A DNA stretch of 64,000 bases from Deltaproteobacteria bacterium (GCA_016218805.1 JACRCW010000040.1:1-64000); one strand, 5' to 3'. Positions 16,550 to 26,470 are shown, counted from the stretch's first letter. The notes: generated by a model from the letters alone, not told the origin. Numbers and translations: made by a program.

Positions 16550-17317
16550 ATGAGCCTGCTGGCCGCGCTGCTGCTCACCAAGGCCCTCGCCGCCCAGGAC
16601 CTGGACGGTGACGTTGCGCCGCCCGCCCCCCCGCCCGCCGCCGCGCCGGCAGCGCCCGCCGCCGCCGCGCCCGCCCCGGCACCCGCCGCCGTGACGCAGC
16701 CCACCGCACCGGTCACCGGCGCGTGGTCCGCGGGGCTGGTCACCGCGGCGTCCGCGACGGGGGCGCTGCTGGGGCTCTCGCTGCTGCTCGGCCTCACGCC
16801 GCTCGTCGTGGTGGCGCCGTTCATCGCGCCGGCCGCGGGCGCGGTCGCCGGGCTGGCCGCCGTGGCCGTTGCGGGGGCGCAGCGGCGGCGCGTGCCGGTC
16901 CTGGGCGTCGTGCTCGCCACCGCGCTGGCGCAGGCCGCCGGTTGTATCGTGGGTGTGCCGTTTGGCTGCACCGCGGCCGCGCTGGGGCTGCTGTCCTTCC
17001 AGGATGACTCGGTGCGGTGGCCGCTTTTGGCCGGCACCCTCCCCATGCTGGGTGCAGCCGCGGCCCTGCAGGTGGTGGCCGCGCTGCTGGGGGGCTTCTG
17101 GGTGCTGACGCTGGCCGGGCCGTGCGCGCGCCCGCGCGAACCGTGGGAGGACACGTGGAACGTGGACCTCACCGGTACCCCCACCGTCCGGGAGGCCCAA
17201 CCGCGCTGGCTGCGCCATATTGAGGAATTGAAGAAACTACCTGATTGGGAGGAACCGCAGCCGCGCAAGAAGCGGGCGCCACGCCGGCGCGTGGAGCGCA
17301 AGGACCCGGAGTACTGA
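16550..17317 (+). CDS. Hypothetical multi-pass membrane protein with signal peptide and Pro/Ala linker
   Basis: MSLLAALLLTKALA leader, PAPAAAP linker, about five hydrophobic segments, charged C-terminal tail. Confidence 0.7.
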   Translation: MSLLAALLLTKALAAQDLDGDVAPPAPPPAAAPAAPAAAAPAPAPAAVTQPTAPVTGAWSAGLVTAASATGALLGLSLLLGLTPLVVVAPFIAPAAGAVAGLAAVAVAGAQRRRVPVLGVVLATALAQAAGCIVGVPFGCTAAALGLLSFQDDSVRWPLLAGTLPMLGAAAALQVVAALLGGFWVLTLAGPCARPREPWEDTWNVDLTGTPTVREAQPRWLRHIEELKKLPDWEEPQPRKKRAPRRRVERKDPEY

Positions 17318-17330
17318 ACCGGTCTTCGCC

Positions 17331-18314
17331 TCAGTCACGCGCCAGGTGGAACAGCGAACGCTTCTTCTCCGCCACCACCCACAGGTCGCCCTTGTCATCA
17401 AACGCAAGCCCCTCGGGTTGCAGCCGCTTCCCGTCGACCTCGTAGGGCAACTCGCAGGTGCCCACCACGCGCAGGTCCCAGCTCACCGCCCCGCCGCGCG
17501 CCTTGCGCGTGGCCACCAGTTCCACCTCGGCAACCGCCGCGCTCTCGTCAGACAGGAGGAACAGGTGGCCGGTGCGCGGGTCCACCGCCACGTCCGCCAG
17601 GTCCGCCAGGTGGTCCTTGAGCCGCTGCGTGAGGGACAGCGTGCCCTCGGCGTGGAGCGTGCGGCGGTCCATGACCACCAGTTTGCGCGGGTCGCCCTCG
17701 TGGATGGCCAGCAGACGCGGTTTGCCGTCGGGTGTGTTGGCGCCGGGCAGCAGGGCCAGTCCCTCAAACCCCTTGTTCCCCGTGCGCGAAATGTCCGGCA
17801 GCTCGCCCAGCTTCTCCGCCTTGCCCAGCGCCAGGCCGCGGCGGTCCAGGCTCACCTCGCCCACCTGGTTGCGGTCCTCGGAGAGCACCAGCACGGAGCG
17901 GCTTTGACGGTCATAGGCGACCCCCTCCAGCCCCGTGAGGTGCTTCTTGCCGCCGTCCGCCTTCAGCTTGAGGGTCTCCGTGTCCAGGCCGCGCCCCTCG
18001 GGCACCGGCACGCGGAACAACGCGTCCTCGCAGTCGGAGACCACCAGGAACCCCTCGGCCGGGGACAGGAACGTGATGCCGGAGGGCTCCGGCACGTCAA
18101 TGCGGTATTCGCCCGCGGCCCGGAACTTCACGGGCTCCGCGCGGGCGGTGCCCTCCGCGGACGCGGCGCGGGCCGCCCGGGCGGGCCGCGTAGAACCATC
18201 AAACGCGTCCGCGCGCGGCGGAGTGCGGGTGGACGCCGCGCGGGCACCGCGGGCGGCGGGCGCCTCCGCGGCACGGGCGGCGGAACGACGACGGGAAATG
18301 CCGGTCACGGTCAT
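17331..18314 (-). CDS. SdiA-regulated (YjiK-like) beta-propeller domain protein
   Basis: Repeated blades EPSGITF, GLEGVAYD, NKGFEGLAL, DLADVAVDP...LFLLSDES, QPEGLAFD...LWVVAE. Confidence 0.82.
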   Translation of the reverse strand: MTVTGISRRRSAARAAEAPAARGARAASTRTPPRADAFDGSTRPARAARAASAEGTARAEPVKFRAAGEYRIDVPEPSGITFLSPAEGFLVVSDCEDALFRVPVPEGRGLDTETLKLKADGGKKHLTGLEGVAYDRQSRSVLVLSEDRNQVGEVSLDRRGLALGKAEKLGELPDISRTGNKGFEGLALLPGANTPDGKPRLLAIHEGDPRKLVVMDRRTLHAEGTLSLTQRLKDHLADLADVAVDPRTGHLFLLSDESAAVAEVELVATRKARGGAVSWDLRVVGTCELPYEVDGKRLQPEGLAFDDKGDLWVVAEKKRSLFHLARD

Positions 18315-18318
18315 GGTG

Positions 18319-20997
18319 TCACCCCTGCAGCGCGCGGAGACCCGTCACGCCCTTGGACGTTTCCGTCTGCTTCCATTCCACGTTCCCCAGGCCCGCGTCC
18401 TTGAGCACGCGCTGCACCCGGTCACCCTTGGCCTTCACAATCTCCTGCTGGATGTCACGGTATTGCTCAAACACAAACCGCGCCCCTTCCAGCGCGCGCT
18501 CGGTGTCCGGCGTGGTGCGCACCGCCTTGTCCCGGTTGGCCACGGCGAACGCGGTGGCCGGCAGCAGCCCCAGCGTGGCCGCATCCAGCGGCTTGAGCGC
18601 GCTGTGCTGGTCCACCAGGAACGCGTTGAGCTTCCGGAGGTCCGCGTCACGCTCCGCGGCCGGCTTGCCCAGCAGCGCCTTGAGCGCCGCGCCGTAGCTG
18701 GCCGGGTCCGCCGCGTTCACACCCGCCGCGTTGGTGGCCCCCAACCACTTCATCACCAGTGACGCCTGGTCCTCGTGGATCTTGCCCGCCAGGTCCGCCA
18801 GGCGGTCCAGGTACGGCTTCTCCAGGCCCAATTCGATCTGCGTCTCATTGACCAGCATGACGTGGAATACCTTGTCCTTGGGCAGCTGGTCTTTGGGCGT
18901 GCGCTTGTCCGCGGGGATGGCGTCCCAATCCTTGTGCTTGACGAATTCGGACATATCCGTCGAATCGATGAGGAAGTTGCCCGTGTTGCGCGTGGAGCCG
19001 GGGACGTAGAACGCGCGCGCTTCGTCAAACCACAGCGACACCGCCATGGAGCCCGCGGCTTCCAGCTGCCGCTGGTTGATGCGCAGCACCTCGTTGTGGA
19101 GCTGTGGGCGCAGCGCCTTGAACCCGGCCTCGTCCAGCGGCTTGAAATCCCGGAACGCGCGGCTGCCGGCGTCCTTCTGCGTTGTGCCGTAGTCGTTGAA
19201 CGCCTTGAGGTCCGCCTGGAAGTCCGCGGGCGCCTTGGCCATCACCGCGTCATACCGGGCCAGGAATGGGTCAAACGTGGTCTTGTTGAGCAGCGCCTTG
19301 TCCGTGCTCTTCTGCCACGCCATGAACATGTCCGGGTACGCCTCCAGCGCCCGGTCGGTGGACTGCGTGAGCACGCGCCGCGCGCCGTCCAGCTGCGCGG
19401 AGAAGTCATGCATGGCCTTGTTGAGCGCGTCCGCCACCACGCGCTTCTTGTCAATGGCCAGCTGCGTGTTGCTGGTGCTGCCCCCCCAGCTGGAGCGCGT
19501 GAGATCCGGGAGCAGCGCCTTGATGGCGTCCGCGTTCACCGTCATGGCCGGGTCCAGCTTCTTGAGGCCCTCCTCGGCCAGCTTGGCCACGGCGCTGTTG
19601 TCCTGCAGCGCTTTGGCCGCGCTTTCCAGGTCCGTCACCGCCTTGAGGTCCGCCCCGGACAGGCCCGCTTTCACCTTGGCCGCCTGGTCCACCACCGCCT
19701 TGAGTTGCGGCTCTGAGCAGTCCTTGAAGAACTTCTGCATGGCGCCCAGGTCGGTCTCATTGAGGTGGTAGCGGCTGCGGACGCTGCGCACGTGGAGCTG
19801 CGGCTGCAATTGCAGCACGCCCTTGTGGGTGCCCACGTCCGGCAGCGCGCCCTTGGCCGCCAGCCCGTCGTACAGGCCCTTGAGCGGCTTCACCGCCTCG
19901 TCACCGCTGTTCCAGCTGGTCTTGCCGCGGCGCACGTCATTGTCCAGCGCGGCAATGTCCGCGGCGCTGGCGCTGTCATTGCGCACGTCCACCTTGTCAC
20001 AGCGCTTGTTGCCAAACTCATCCATCACCACGTTGGCCTTCACGCCAATGAGCAGGCGCCGGATCTCCGTGTCGGTGTCCCAGCGTGCGCGGCCGCGGAC
20101 CTCGTAGTCGTTCTTCAGCAGGTCAAACTTCGCCGTGTCGTAATACACGTCGTCCATCTTGTCGGTGCCAATGGACAGTTCGCGCTTGCCGGTGGCCGCA
20201 TCCGCCTCAAACCGCCCGCTCTCAATGGTGAGTGACACAAAGCGGTTCTTCTCCCGCATCTTGTGGGCGTCCGAGTCCCACTTCACCTCGTCCAGCGGCA
20301 TGCCGCTGTAACCCACCGTGTAGGCCTCACTGGCCTCTGGCTTGCGCAGGCGCTGGAACGCGGTGCGGCCTGCCGCGTTGGTGGACCGCAGCGCCTCCAG
20401 CAGCTTGGCGGGCTCCGCGCCGGACACGCCAAACACCTGCTCCAGTTCCACGCTGTCACGCGCCCACTGGTAGGACGGCATGGCGGCAAACGTGGTGGCG
20501 TCCATGAACACCTGGCCCTTGAGCGGGTCCACCGGCGCCGCCGCACGGCTGAGCTGGATCCCCAGCACGCTGAAGGTCTGCCCCGCCGGTGCGGTCCCAA
20601 ACGGCGTCTTGGTGCCCGCGTAGGTCACCCGGGTGTCCAGCCCCAGCGCCCTGCTCATCTCGCTGCTGGGCCCAAAGTCCAGCTTCTTGTCGGCCAGGTC
20701 CGTCGTCGGCTTCACGCAGTCATCCAGCGCCTGCATGAGGTCCGTGATGTACTGCTCAATCTTCACGCCGGCGGGCAGCCCAATGGCCGTGGCCAGCGCC
20801 GCCTTGTCCTGCTGGTAGCGGGTGAGCAGCGCCACCGCGTCGTCCGCGTTCTTGATTTCAATGCCGGGGCCCACCGTGATGGTCAGCTTGCGCGCGGCCA
20901 ACTCGGTCCCCACCTGCTTGAACCATTCGGTGCGGTCGTTGGCGCCGTACAGCTCCGGCTTGAACTGGATGCGCCGCTCAACGTGCAGGATGCTCAT
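18319..20997 (-). CDS. Large hypothetical protein with a CYTH/VTC-like triphosphate-tunnel signature interrupted by helical insertions
   Basis: MDDVYYDTAKFDLLKNDYEVRGRAR (CYTH D-x-YYDT...L...R-x-R), RSVRSRYHL, FLIDST, ETQIELGLE, terminal SKG; strong GC3 bias. Confidence 0.65.
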   Translation of the reverse strand: MSILHVERRIQFKPELYGANDRTEWFKQVGTELAARKLTITVGPGIEIKNADDAVALLTRYQQDKAALATAIGLPAGVKIEQYITDLMQALDDCVKPTTDLADKKLDFGPSSEMSRALGLDTRVTYAGTKTPFGTAPAGQTFSVLGIQLSRAAAPVDPLKGQVFMDATTFAAMPSYQWARDSVELEQVFGVSGAEPAKLLEALRSTNAAGRTAFQRLRKPEASEAYTVGYSGMPLDEVKWDSDAHKMREKNRFVSLTIESGRFEADAATGKRELSIGTDKMDDVYYDTAKFDLLKNDYEVRGRARWDTDTEIRRLLIGVKANVVMDEFGNKRCDKVDVRNDSASAADIAALDNDVRRGKTSWNSGDEAVKPLKGLYDGLAAKGALPDVGTHKGVLQLQPQLHVRSVRSRYHLNETDLGAMQKFFKDCSEPQLKAVVDQAAKVKAGLSGADLKAVTDLESAAKALQDNSAVAKLAEEGLKKLDPAMTVNADAIKALLPDLTRSSWGGSTSNTQLAIDKKRVVADALNKAMHDFSAQLDGARRVLTQSTDRALEAYPDMFMAWQKSTDKALLNKTTFDPFLARYDAVMAKAPADFQADLKAFNDYGTTQKDAGSRAFRDFKPLDEAGFKALRPQLHNEVLRINQRQLEAAGSMAVSLWFDEARAFYVPGSTRNTGNFLIDSTDMSEFVKHKDWDAIPADKRTPKDQLPKDKVFHVMLVNETQIELGLEKPYLDRLADLAGKIHEDQASLVMKWLGATNAAGVNAADPASYGAALKALLGKPAAERDADLRKLNAFLVDQHSALKPLDAATLGLLPATAFAVANRDKAVRTTPDTERALEGARFVFEQYRDIQQEIVKAKGDRVQRVLKDAGLGNVEWKQTETSKGVTGLRALQG

Positions 20998-21210
20998 GGT
21001 GGCCCCGTAGGCCCCGGTTCCGAACGCGTGTTCAGTGACCGGGCCGGAATGAAATCGTGGAGGGCTAGCACGCCATCAGGCGACGGCACAGCGGCCGGGA
21101 TGACACAGTGCGTTGCGCGCGGGCGGCGTGGAAGGGTCCCATGTCGTCGGCGCGGCGCCTGTCGCCCGCGGTCCGCGGTGAGGTAGAGCACCGCCCGGAG
21201 GAGGAGGCGC

Positions 21211-22425
21211 ATGACTCCCTGGTGGTCGTTGTTGGTGGTGGCCCTGGCGGACGCGCCCGGGGCGCCGGCGGAATCCGTGGCGGTGCTGCCCTTTCACGCG
21301 CCGGACGCGTCAGTGGGCGAAGACGGGCTGGACCTGTTGTCAACGGTGCTGGCGGCGCAACTGGCGGAGCAGGGGCACCTGCGGGTCATCAGTGCGGAGG
21401 AGTTGCGCGCGCTGATGCGCAACGAGCAGGACCGGCAGGCGCTGGGCGGCGGCGAGGACGACGCGCTGCGCGAGATGAGCGGCGCGATGGGCGCCAGCGC
21501 GGTGGTGACGGGGAGCGTGGCGCGCACGGGCGCGCGGCTGGTGTGGCAGGCGGCGCTGGCGCCGTCTTCGGACCCGGAGAAGGCCCGGCGCGCCGAGGTG
21601 TCCGGCGCCACCCTGCAGGCGCTGGCCGCCCGTGCGGACGAAGTGGCGCTGGCGCTGCTGGGGCGCGGCACAGAGGCGGACAGCGAGGAGACCGCGAAGC
21701 GGCTGGGTTTCCGCGACGTGGCCGACGTGAAGGACTTCGCCGGGTTCCGCGCCGAGCACCCGGAGATGGGCGTGCAGGAGGCGCTCACGCAGTACATTGT
21801 GGAACACAACGTGGAGCCCAACCGGCTGTCCCTGGCAGAGTCCGGACTGTTTCTCGGCGGCGGCGGGCTGACAACGCTGGCGATGGTGACCGCGTCTGCC
21901 GCGTTCCTGATGGCTCTCTACCTCCCGCTGGGCCCGCTGGCCCTCCCCATCTCGTGCGGCTCCTGCGTGCTGGGACTGTCCGGCCTGGGCCTGATGCTGA
22001 CGTCCGCCGGCGTGTCGGCGTGGGACGGTCTGAACCGCCAGTTCCGTCGTGTGCAGCGCAAGGGGTGCTGCCGCGACGACGCGCGCATCCAGGACGCCGT
22101 CAGCGCCTCCACGCTGCGCAAGGGCACCGCACTCGCGGTCTTGGTCGGCGGCCCCGCGTGGACGGTGCTGACCTTCTCCACGCTGATCTGGCTGGGCGTC
22201 GGCGCCTCGGTGTTCAACACCCTGCGAAGCGCCTACGGCATCAACCTGCAGCCCGGGTGGTACACGGCCAGCCCGGCCAGCTACCTGACAAGCCCGTTCA
22301 CCGGCACGACGTACGCATGCGCCGTGTGCGGCTGCATCACGCCCTGCCTCATCGGCGTGCCACTTGGCTCCCTGCTGCTGTTCTGGCCGGACCCGCAGGC
22401 CGTGCAGGGCGTGGAGGGCACCTGA
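21211..22425 (+). CDS. Exported/membrane protein: N-terminal TolB-N/CsgG-like alpha-beta domain plus multi-TM region with a GCCRD motif (paralog 1)
   Basis: GGAGG RBS, signal peptide, SVAVLPF...LRVISAEELRALM...LREMSGAMGASAVVTGSVARTG, RKGCCRDDARI. Confidence 0.75.
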   Translation: MTPWWSLLVVALADAPGAPAESVAVLPFHAPDASVGEDGLDLLSTVLAAQLAEQGHLRVISAEELRALMRNEQDRQALGGGEDDALREMSGAMGASAVVTGSVARTGARLVWQAALAPSSDPEKARRAEVSGATLQALAARADEVALALLGRGTEADSEETAKRLGFRDVADVKDFAGFRAEHPEMGVQEALTQYIVEHNVEPNRLSLAESGLFLGGGGLTTLAMVTASAAFLMALYLPLGPLALPISCGSCVLGLSGLGLMLTSAGVSAWDGLNRQFRRVQRKGCCRDDARIQDAVSASTLRKGTALAVLVGGPAWTVLTFSTLIWLGVGASVFNTLRSAYGINLQPGWYTASPASYLTSPFTGTTYACAVCGCITPCLIGVPLGSLLLFWPDPQAVQGVEGT

Positions 22426-22427
22426 CC

Positions 22428-23765
22428 ATGTCCACGGTCCTGCTCCTTGTCAGCGTGCTGGCCAGCCAAGCCCCGACCCCCGCGCCCACGGGGGCGGCCC
22501 CCACCGCACCGGCCGCGCCGGCCCCCTCCGCGGCACCCACGGTGCAGACGAAGCGCAGCGTCCTGGTCCTGCCGCTCACGCTGGATGAGGGCACTTCCGA
22601 CGACGTGGCCCGCGTGGCGGAGACCGTTGAGCGCGGCCTGGCCCGGGCCATCGAGCGCCAGGGCACCACCACCGTGGTGCGGTCCCGCGAGATACGCGAG
22701 CGGATCGGCGAAGCGGCGGCGAAGCAGATGACCGGTTGCGACGAGCTGTCGTGCCTGGCGGAACTGGCCGGCTCCCTGGGGGTGGACCGCATCCTGCAAA
22801 CCCGCCTGCGGATGCGCCCCGGCGTGTGGGAGCTGCGCGTCAGCGTGCTGGACCGGCTGAAGGCGGACGTGACCCTCCGGCGGGAGCTGAGCGCGCGCTC
22901 AGTGGACGCGCTGCTGGCCTCCCTGGACACGCTGGCCCGCGAAGTCGCCGGGGGCACGGCGCTGGTGGCGGATGACCCGAAGCTGGCCGAGCGGCTGGGT
23001 ACCGATGCGGAGGGTGCGGACCGACTGCGCAAGGCGCTGGCCGGCGGGGCGGCCAACCCGGTACAGGCCTGGACGGACGAGGTCATCCGGGCCAACGCGG
23101 AATCCGAGGGCCTGGCCATGGCCGAGGGCGCGCTCATCGGGGTGGGCGGCGCCGCCGTGCTGGCCACCTTCCCGCTGTTTGTGGTGGCTGCGGTCCTGTC
23201 CTCGTATTCGACGATGGGGAGTGCGCCCCCGTGGGCAGGCGGCCAGATGGGGACGCACGACACATACACGTTCCCGGTGCTCCTCGTGGTCGCCCAAATT
23301 GTCAGCATGGGCACGCTCCTGGCGGGCGTACCGTTCATCGCTGCCGGCGTGCTCTTGCTCGTCGTTGACCGCCTGGACCTGGGACGCATCCGCGTGGCGC
23401 GGGAGGGTTGCTGCCGCGACGAGCCGCGCATCCGCGCCGCCGCAAAGCCCGGCTGGGGCCGCCGGGCCGCGCCCATCGTCGCCGTCGTCGGCGGGGCGAT
23501 GGGGCTGTTCGTGCCGCTGGTGGGATTCCTCGGCACCACGGTGATCGCGTTGATCGCCACGCCGCTCTATGCGGCGGGGGCCATCCCCATCATCGCCACG
23601 CCGGGCCCCGCCGTGGACGAGGGGACTTGGGGCGCCCTGTACATCGCCCTGATGGTGGTGTCCGGATTGTCCACGCTCGGGCTGCTGGGGCTGGGGGCCA
23701 CCGCCGCCGCGCTGGGGACCATCCTCACGGTCAGCGAGTACTCCCCCCTGGTGGACGCCGAGTAG
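22428..23765 (+). CDS. Exported/membrane protein: TolB-N/CsgG-like domain plus multi-TM region with a GCCRD motif (paralog 2)
   Basis: ATG 2 bp after the paralog 1 stop; SVLVLPL...GCDELSCLAELAGSLGVDRI; REGCCRDEPRI. Confidence 0.75.
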   Translation: MSTVLLLVSVLASQAPTPAPTGAAPTAPAAPAPSAAPTVQTKRSVLVLPLTLDEGTSDDVARVAETVERGLARAIERQGTTTVVRSREIRERIGEAAAKQMTGCDELSCLAELAGSLGVDRILQTRLRMRPGVWELRVSVLDRLKADVTLRRELSARSVDALLASLDTLAREVAGGTALVADDPKLAERLGTDAEGADRLRKALAGGAANPVQAWTDEVIRANAESEGLAMAEGALIGVGGAAVLATFPLFVVAAVLSSYSTMGSAPPWAGGQMGTHDTYTFPVLLVVAQIVSMGTLLAGVPFIAAGVLLLVVDRLDLGRIRVAREGCCRDEPRIRAAAKPGWGRRAAPIVAVVGGAMGLFVPLVGFLGTTVIALIATPLYAAGAIPIIATPGPAVDEGTWGALYIALMVVSGLSTLGLLGLGATAAALGTILTVSEYSPLVDAE

Positions 23766-23785
23766 CGCGCGCCGCAGCGTGCGCC

Positions 23786-24931
23786 TCAGAACATCACCAC
23801 CATGGTCCCGGCGGTCACGCGTTCATACAGCTCCCCAATCTCCGCGGGCTGCAGCACCACGCAGCCCCAGGACAGGTGCGCCTCCCCGGGGCCCGCATCC
23901 CACGGCGCAATCCAACCGTGGAACCCAATGCCCCCGCCGAGTTTTGTCCGCTGGCGGGTGGGCCGCCGGCGCTCCCACGCCGCGGCAATGGCCGTGCGGG
24001 TTTCCTCGTCAATGAGGCCCAAGTCCCGGCCCCGCTGGGCGTCAAACGCGTTGGGGTAATTCACCTTGATCCAGTGACCGCCGTAGAAATCCGCGTAATC
24101 CCCCCCAAACGGCCCGGTGCTCTTGTCCACCACAAAGTACATCCCCGCGGGCGTCCTGAGGTCCCCCAGTTGTTCCTTCACCCCCGCCGCCTGCCCTAAC
24201 GCAATGCCGCGCTCCAGCACCTTGCGGCCGGATTCGTACACGCGCACGCGGTAGGACGCGTGGTCCACCAGCACCAGCACCGGCTCTGACGGCGGTACGG
24301 GCAGCGCGCGGCGCGCGCGGATGAACGCGGACGGGTCCAGGTACGCGGTGCGCACGCGCTCCTGGTCCCAGCCGGTGGCGGAGGGCCAGAAGGTGGAATC
24401 CAGGGACGGGTCCGTGCGGATCTCCAGGTGCAGGTGCGCGGGGTAGCTGCCACCCGGGTCCTTGCCGATGGACCCGATGCGCTGCCGCCGCGTCAGCACC
24501 TCGCCCACCTCCACGTCAATCCGGGACAGGTGAACGTACACGGAGCGCACGCGCAGCTTGCGGTGGTTCTCGTAGTACATGTGCTCCACGACGATGACCC
24601 CGCCCCACGGGTCCGGCTGCTCACCCGCCTCCACCACGCGGCCGTTGCCAATCACGTGCACCGGCTGGCCCAGGTCCGTGTCCCCGCCGCCGCGCCCGTT
24701 CCAGTCATCCCCGGTGTGGATGCCCAGCGCGTAGCGGTACAGGAACCCCGCGGCCACGTACCACCCGCGGTGTTTCTTTCCGTTCCCGTCCACGTATGAC
24801 CCGCGCGCGTCCTTGTCCCCAACGGGGAAATCAAACCCGTCCGCCGGAGGGAAGTCGTTGTGCAGATAGTCATCCAACGCGTCCGGTGGGGACGCGGCCA
24901 GCAGCAGCACCAGCGCGGAGAGACACGTCAT
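23786..24931 (-). CDS. M23 metallopeptidase fused to an L,D-transpeptidase (YkuD) domain
   Basis: Signal peptide; M23 motifs HTGDD, YVHL, AHLHLEIR; YkuD motifs GDLRTPAG, YPNAFD, IGFHG...SWGCV. Confidence 0.87.
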   Translation of the reverse strand: MTCLSALVLLLAASPPDALDDYLHNDFPPADGFDFPVGDKDARGSYVDGNGKKHRGWYVAAGFLYRYALGIHTGDDWNGRGGGDTDLGQPVHVIGNGRVVEAGEQPDPWGGVIVVEHMYYENHRKLRVRSVYVHLSRIDVEVGEVLTRRQRIGSIGKDPGGSYPAHLHLEIRTDPSLDSTFWPSATGWDQERVRTAYLDPSAFIRARRALPVPPSEPVLVLVDHASYRVRVYESGRKVLERGIALGQAAGVKEQLGDLRTPAGMYFVVDKSTGPFGGDYADFYGGHWIKVNYPNAFDAQRGRDLGLIDEETRTAIAAAWERRRPTRQRTKLGGGIGFHGWIAPWDAGPGEAHLSWGCVVLQPAEIGELYERVTAGTMVVMF

Positions 24932-25001
24932 CAGCGTGTTGGACAACGCAAAGCGCGGCGCGTTCCCCCACCACCGCTTGCCGACTGACGTCGGCAAGCT
25001 G

Positions 25002-25022
25002 CCTCCCCCCGCGAGGGGGAGG
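25002..25022. other. Short GC hairpin in the intergenic space (possible terminator or REP-like element)
   Basis: CCTCCCCC-CGCGA-GGGGGAGG, 8-bp stem; no U-tract. Confidence 0.3.
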
Positions 25023-25087
25023 CTGCACGATTGCCCCCGCGTCACCCCTGGGTGGCCCTGTGGGCCGACTCGCGAGGTGAACCAGAT

Positions 25088-26299
25088 TCAGAAGACGTGC
25101 AGGAACAGCCCGCTGCGCAGCTTGGGTTCAAACCAGGTGCTCTTGGGCGGCATGATCTCTCCGGCATCCGCAATGGCCATGAGCTGCGGCAGCGTGGTGG
25201 GAAACATGCTGAACGCCACCGCCCAGCCCTCCTTGTCCACCAGCTTCTCCAGCTCGCCCATGCCGCGGATGCCGCCCACAAAGTGGATGCGCTTGTCCGT
25301 CCGCGGATCACCAATGCCCAGCAACGGCCCCAGCACGTTCTCCTGCAGGATGTTCACGTCCAGCTCACCCAGCACCGTGGCCTTCCAGGAACCCGGCCGC
25401 GCCGTCAGCCGGTACCAGTTCCCACCCAGGTACATGCCAAAATCATGCAGTTTCCCCGGCTGCTTCTCCGTCGTGGGCGTGACCGTGAAGTGCTGCTCCA
25501 CCGCCTTGAGGAACGCCGCGGGCGCCTGCCCCCGGAGGTCCTTCACCACGCGGTTGTAATCCATGATCTGCATCTGGTCGTGCGGGAAGATCACCGCCAG
25601 GAACGCGTCGTGTTCGCCCGGCTTGCCCTTGCGCAGCGCGTGCACGCGGGAGGCCGCCGCGGACCGGTGGTGCCCATCCGCAATGTACAGCACCGGCACC
25701 TCCGTGAACGCGCGCTGGATGCGCTCCCCCATGTCCCGGGCAATCACCCACAGCGTGTGCCCAATGCCGTCCTCCGTCACAAAGTCGTACTCCGGCGCGC
25801 CGCTCACCACGTGCGCCATCAGGCCGTCCAGGTCCGGGCGCGCGCGGTAGGTCAGGAACACCGGTTCATCATTCCCGCCCAGCACATCAATGTGCTGCGT
25901 GCGGTCATCCTCCTTGTCCTTGCGCGTCAGCTCGTGCTTCTTGATGAGCGCCTGGTCGTATTCCGCCACGGAGGCGCACGCCACCAGGCCCACCTGCACG
26001 TGCTTCCCCATCCGTTGCCGGTACGCATAGAAACGCGGCGAATCATCCGCCACCAGCGTCCCGTTGCTGATCAATTCACGCAGATTATCCCGGCCGCGCG
26101 CGTACACCTGCGCGCTGTGCTCGTCCGTCCCCGCGGGGAAATCCACCTCCGGGCGGCTCACGCGGAAGAAGCTCCGGGGGTTGCCCCGGGCGTAGGCGCG
26201 CGCCTCGTCTGAATTCACCACGTCATACGGCGGCGCCGCCACCTGCACGGCCAGCCCACGCGGCGGACGGAGGGCGGCAAACGGCATCACGCGACTCAT
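25088..26299 (-). CDS. DUF1015 family protein
   Basis: PFAALRP, APPYDVV, IKKHELTR, YIADGHHR, IMPPKSTWFEPKLRSGL; GAGG RBS. Confidence 0.92.
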   Translation of the reverse strand: MSRVMPFAALRPPRGLAVQVAAPPYDVVNSDEARAYARGNPRSFFRVSRPEVDFPAGTDEHSAQVYARGRDNLRELISNGTLVADDSPRFYAYRQRMGKHVQVGLVACASVAEYDQALIKKHELTRKDKEDDRTQHIDVLGGNDEPVFLTYRARPDLDGLMAHVVSGAPEYDFVTEDGIGHTLWVIARDMGERIQRAFTEVPVLYIADGHHRSAAASRVHALRKGKPGEHDAFLAVIFPHDQMQIMDYNRVVKDLRGQAPAAFLKAVEQHFTVTPTTEKQPGKLHDFGMYLGGNWYRLTARPGSWKATVLGELDVNILQENVLGPLLGIGDPRTDKRIHFVGGIRGMGELEKLVDKEGWAVAFSMFPTTLPQLMAIADAGEIMPPKSTWFEPKLRSGLFLHVF

Positions 26300-26470
26300 G
26301 GTTTCCTCCTCGGGAAGGTGCGCCGGACGCCTAGCAGGACGGGCCGCCTGCCGGGTAGCGGCGCCCCACGCCGCAGACCCCACAGCGGCGGCCGGACACT
26401 CCCCAGGCCGCCCACCACCGCCTCCCCACCACAATCCGACTTCTCCGCGACCTCAAGCTGCATTTTTCCC

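Noticed and set aside
21108..22427. 885-aa ORF 21108-23765 as a single gene, and similar long upstream extensions (e.g. 35934-37955, 43842-45509, 62510-63898)
   Set aside because: The extensions overlap real genes in other frames and are GC-rich shadow sequence; true starts were placed at downstream ATG/GTG codons.
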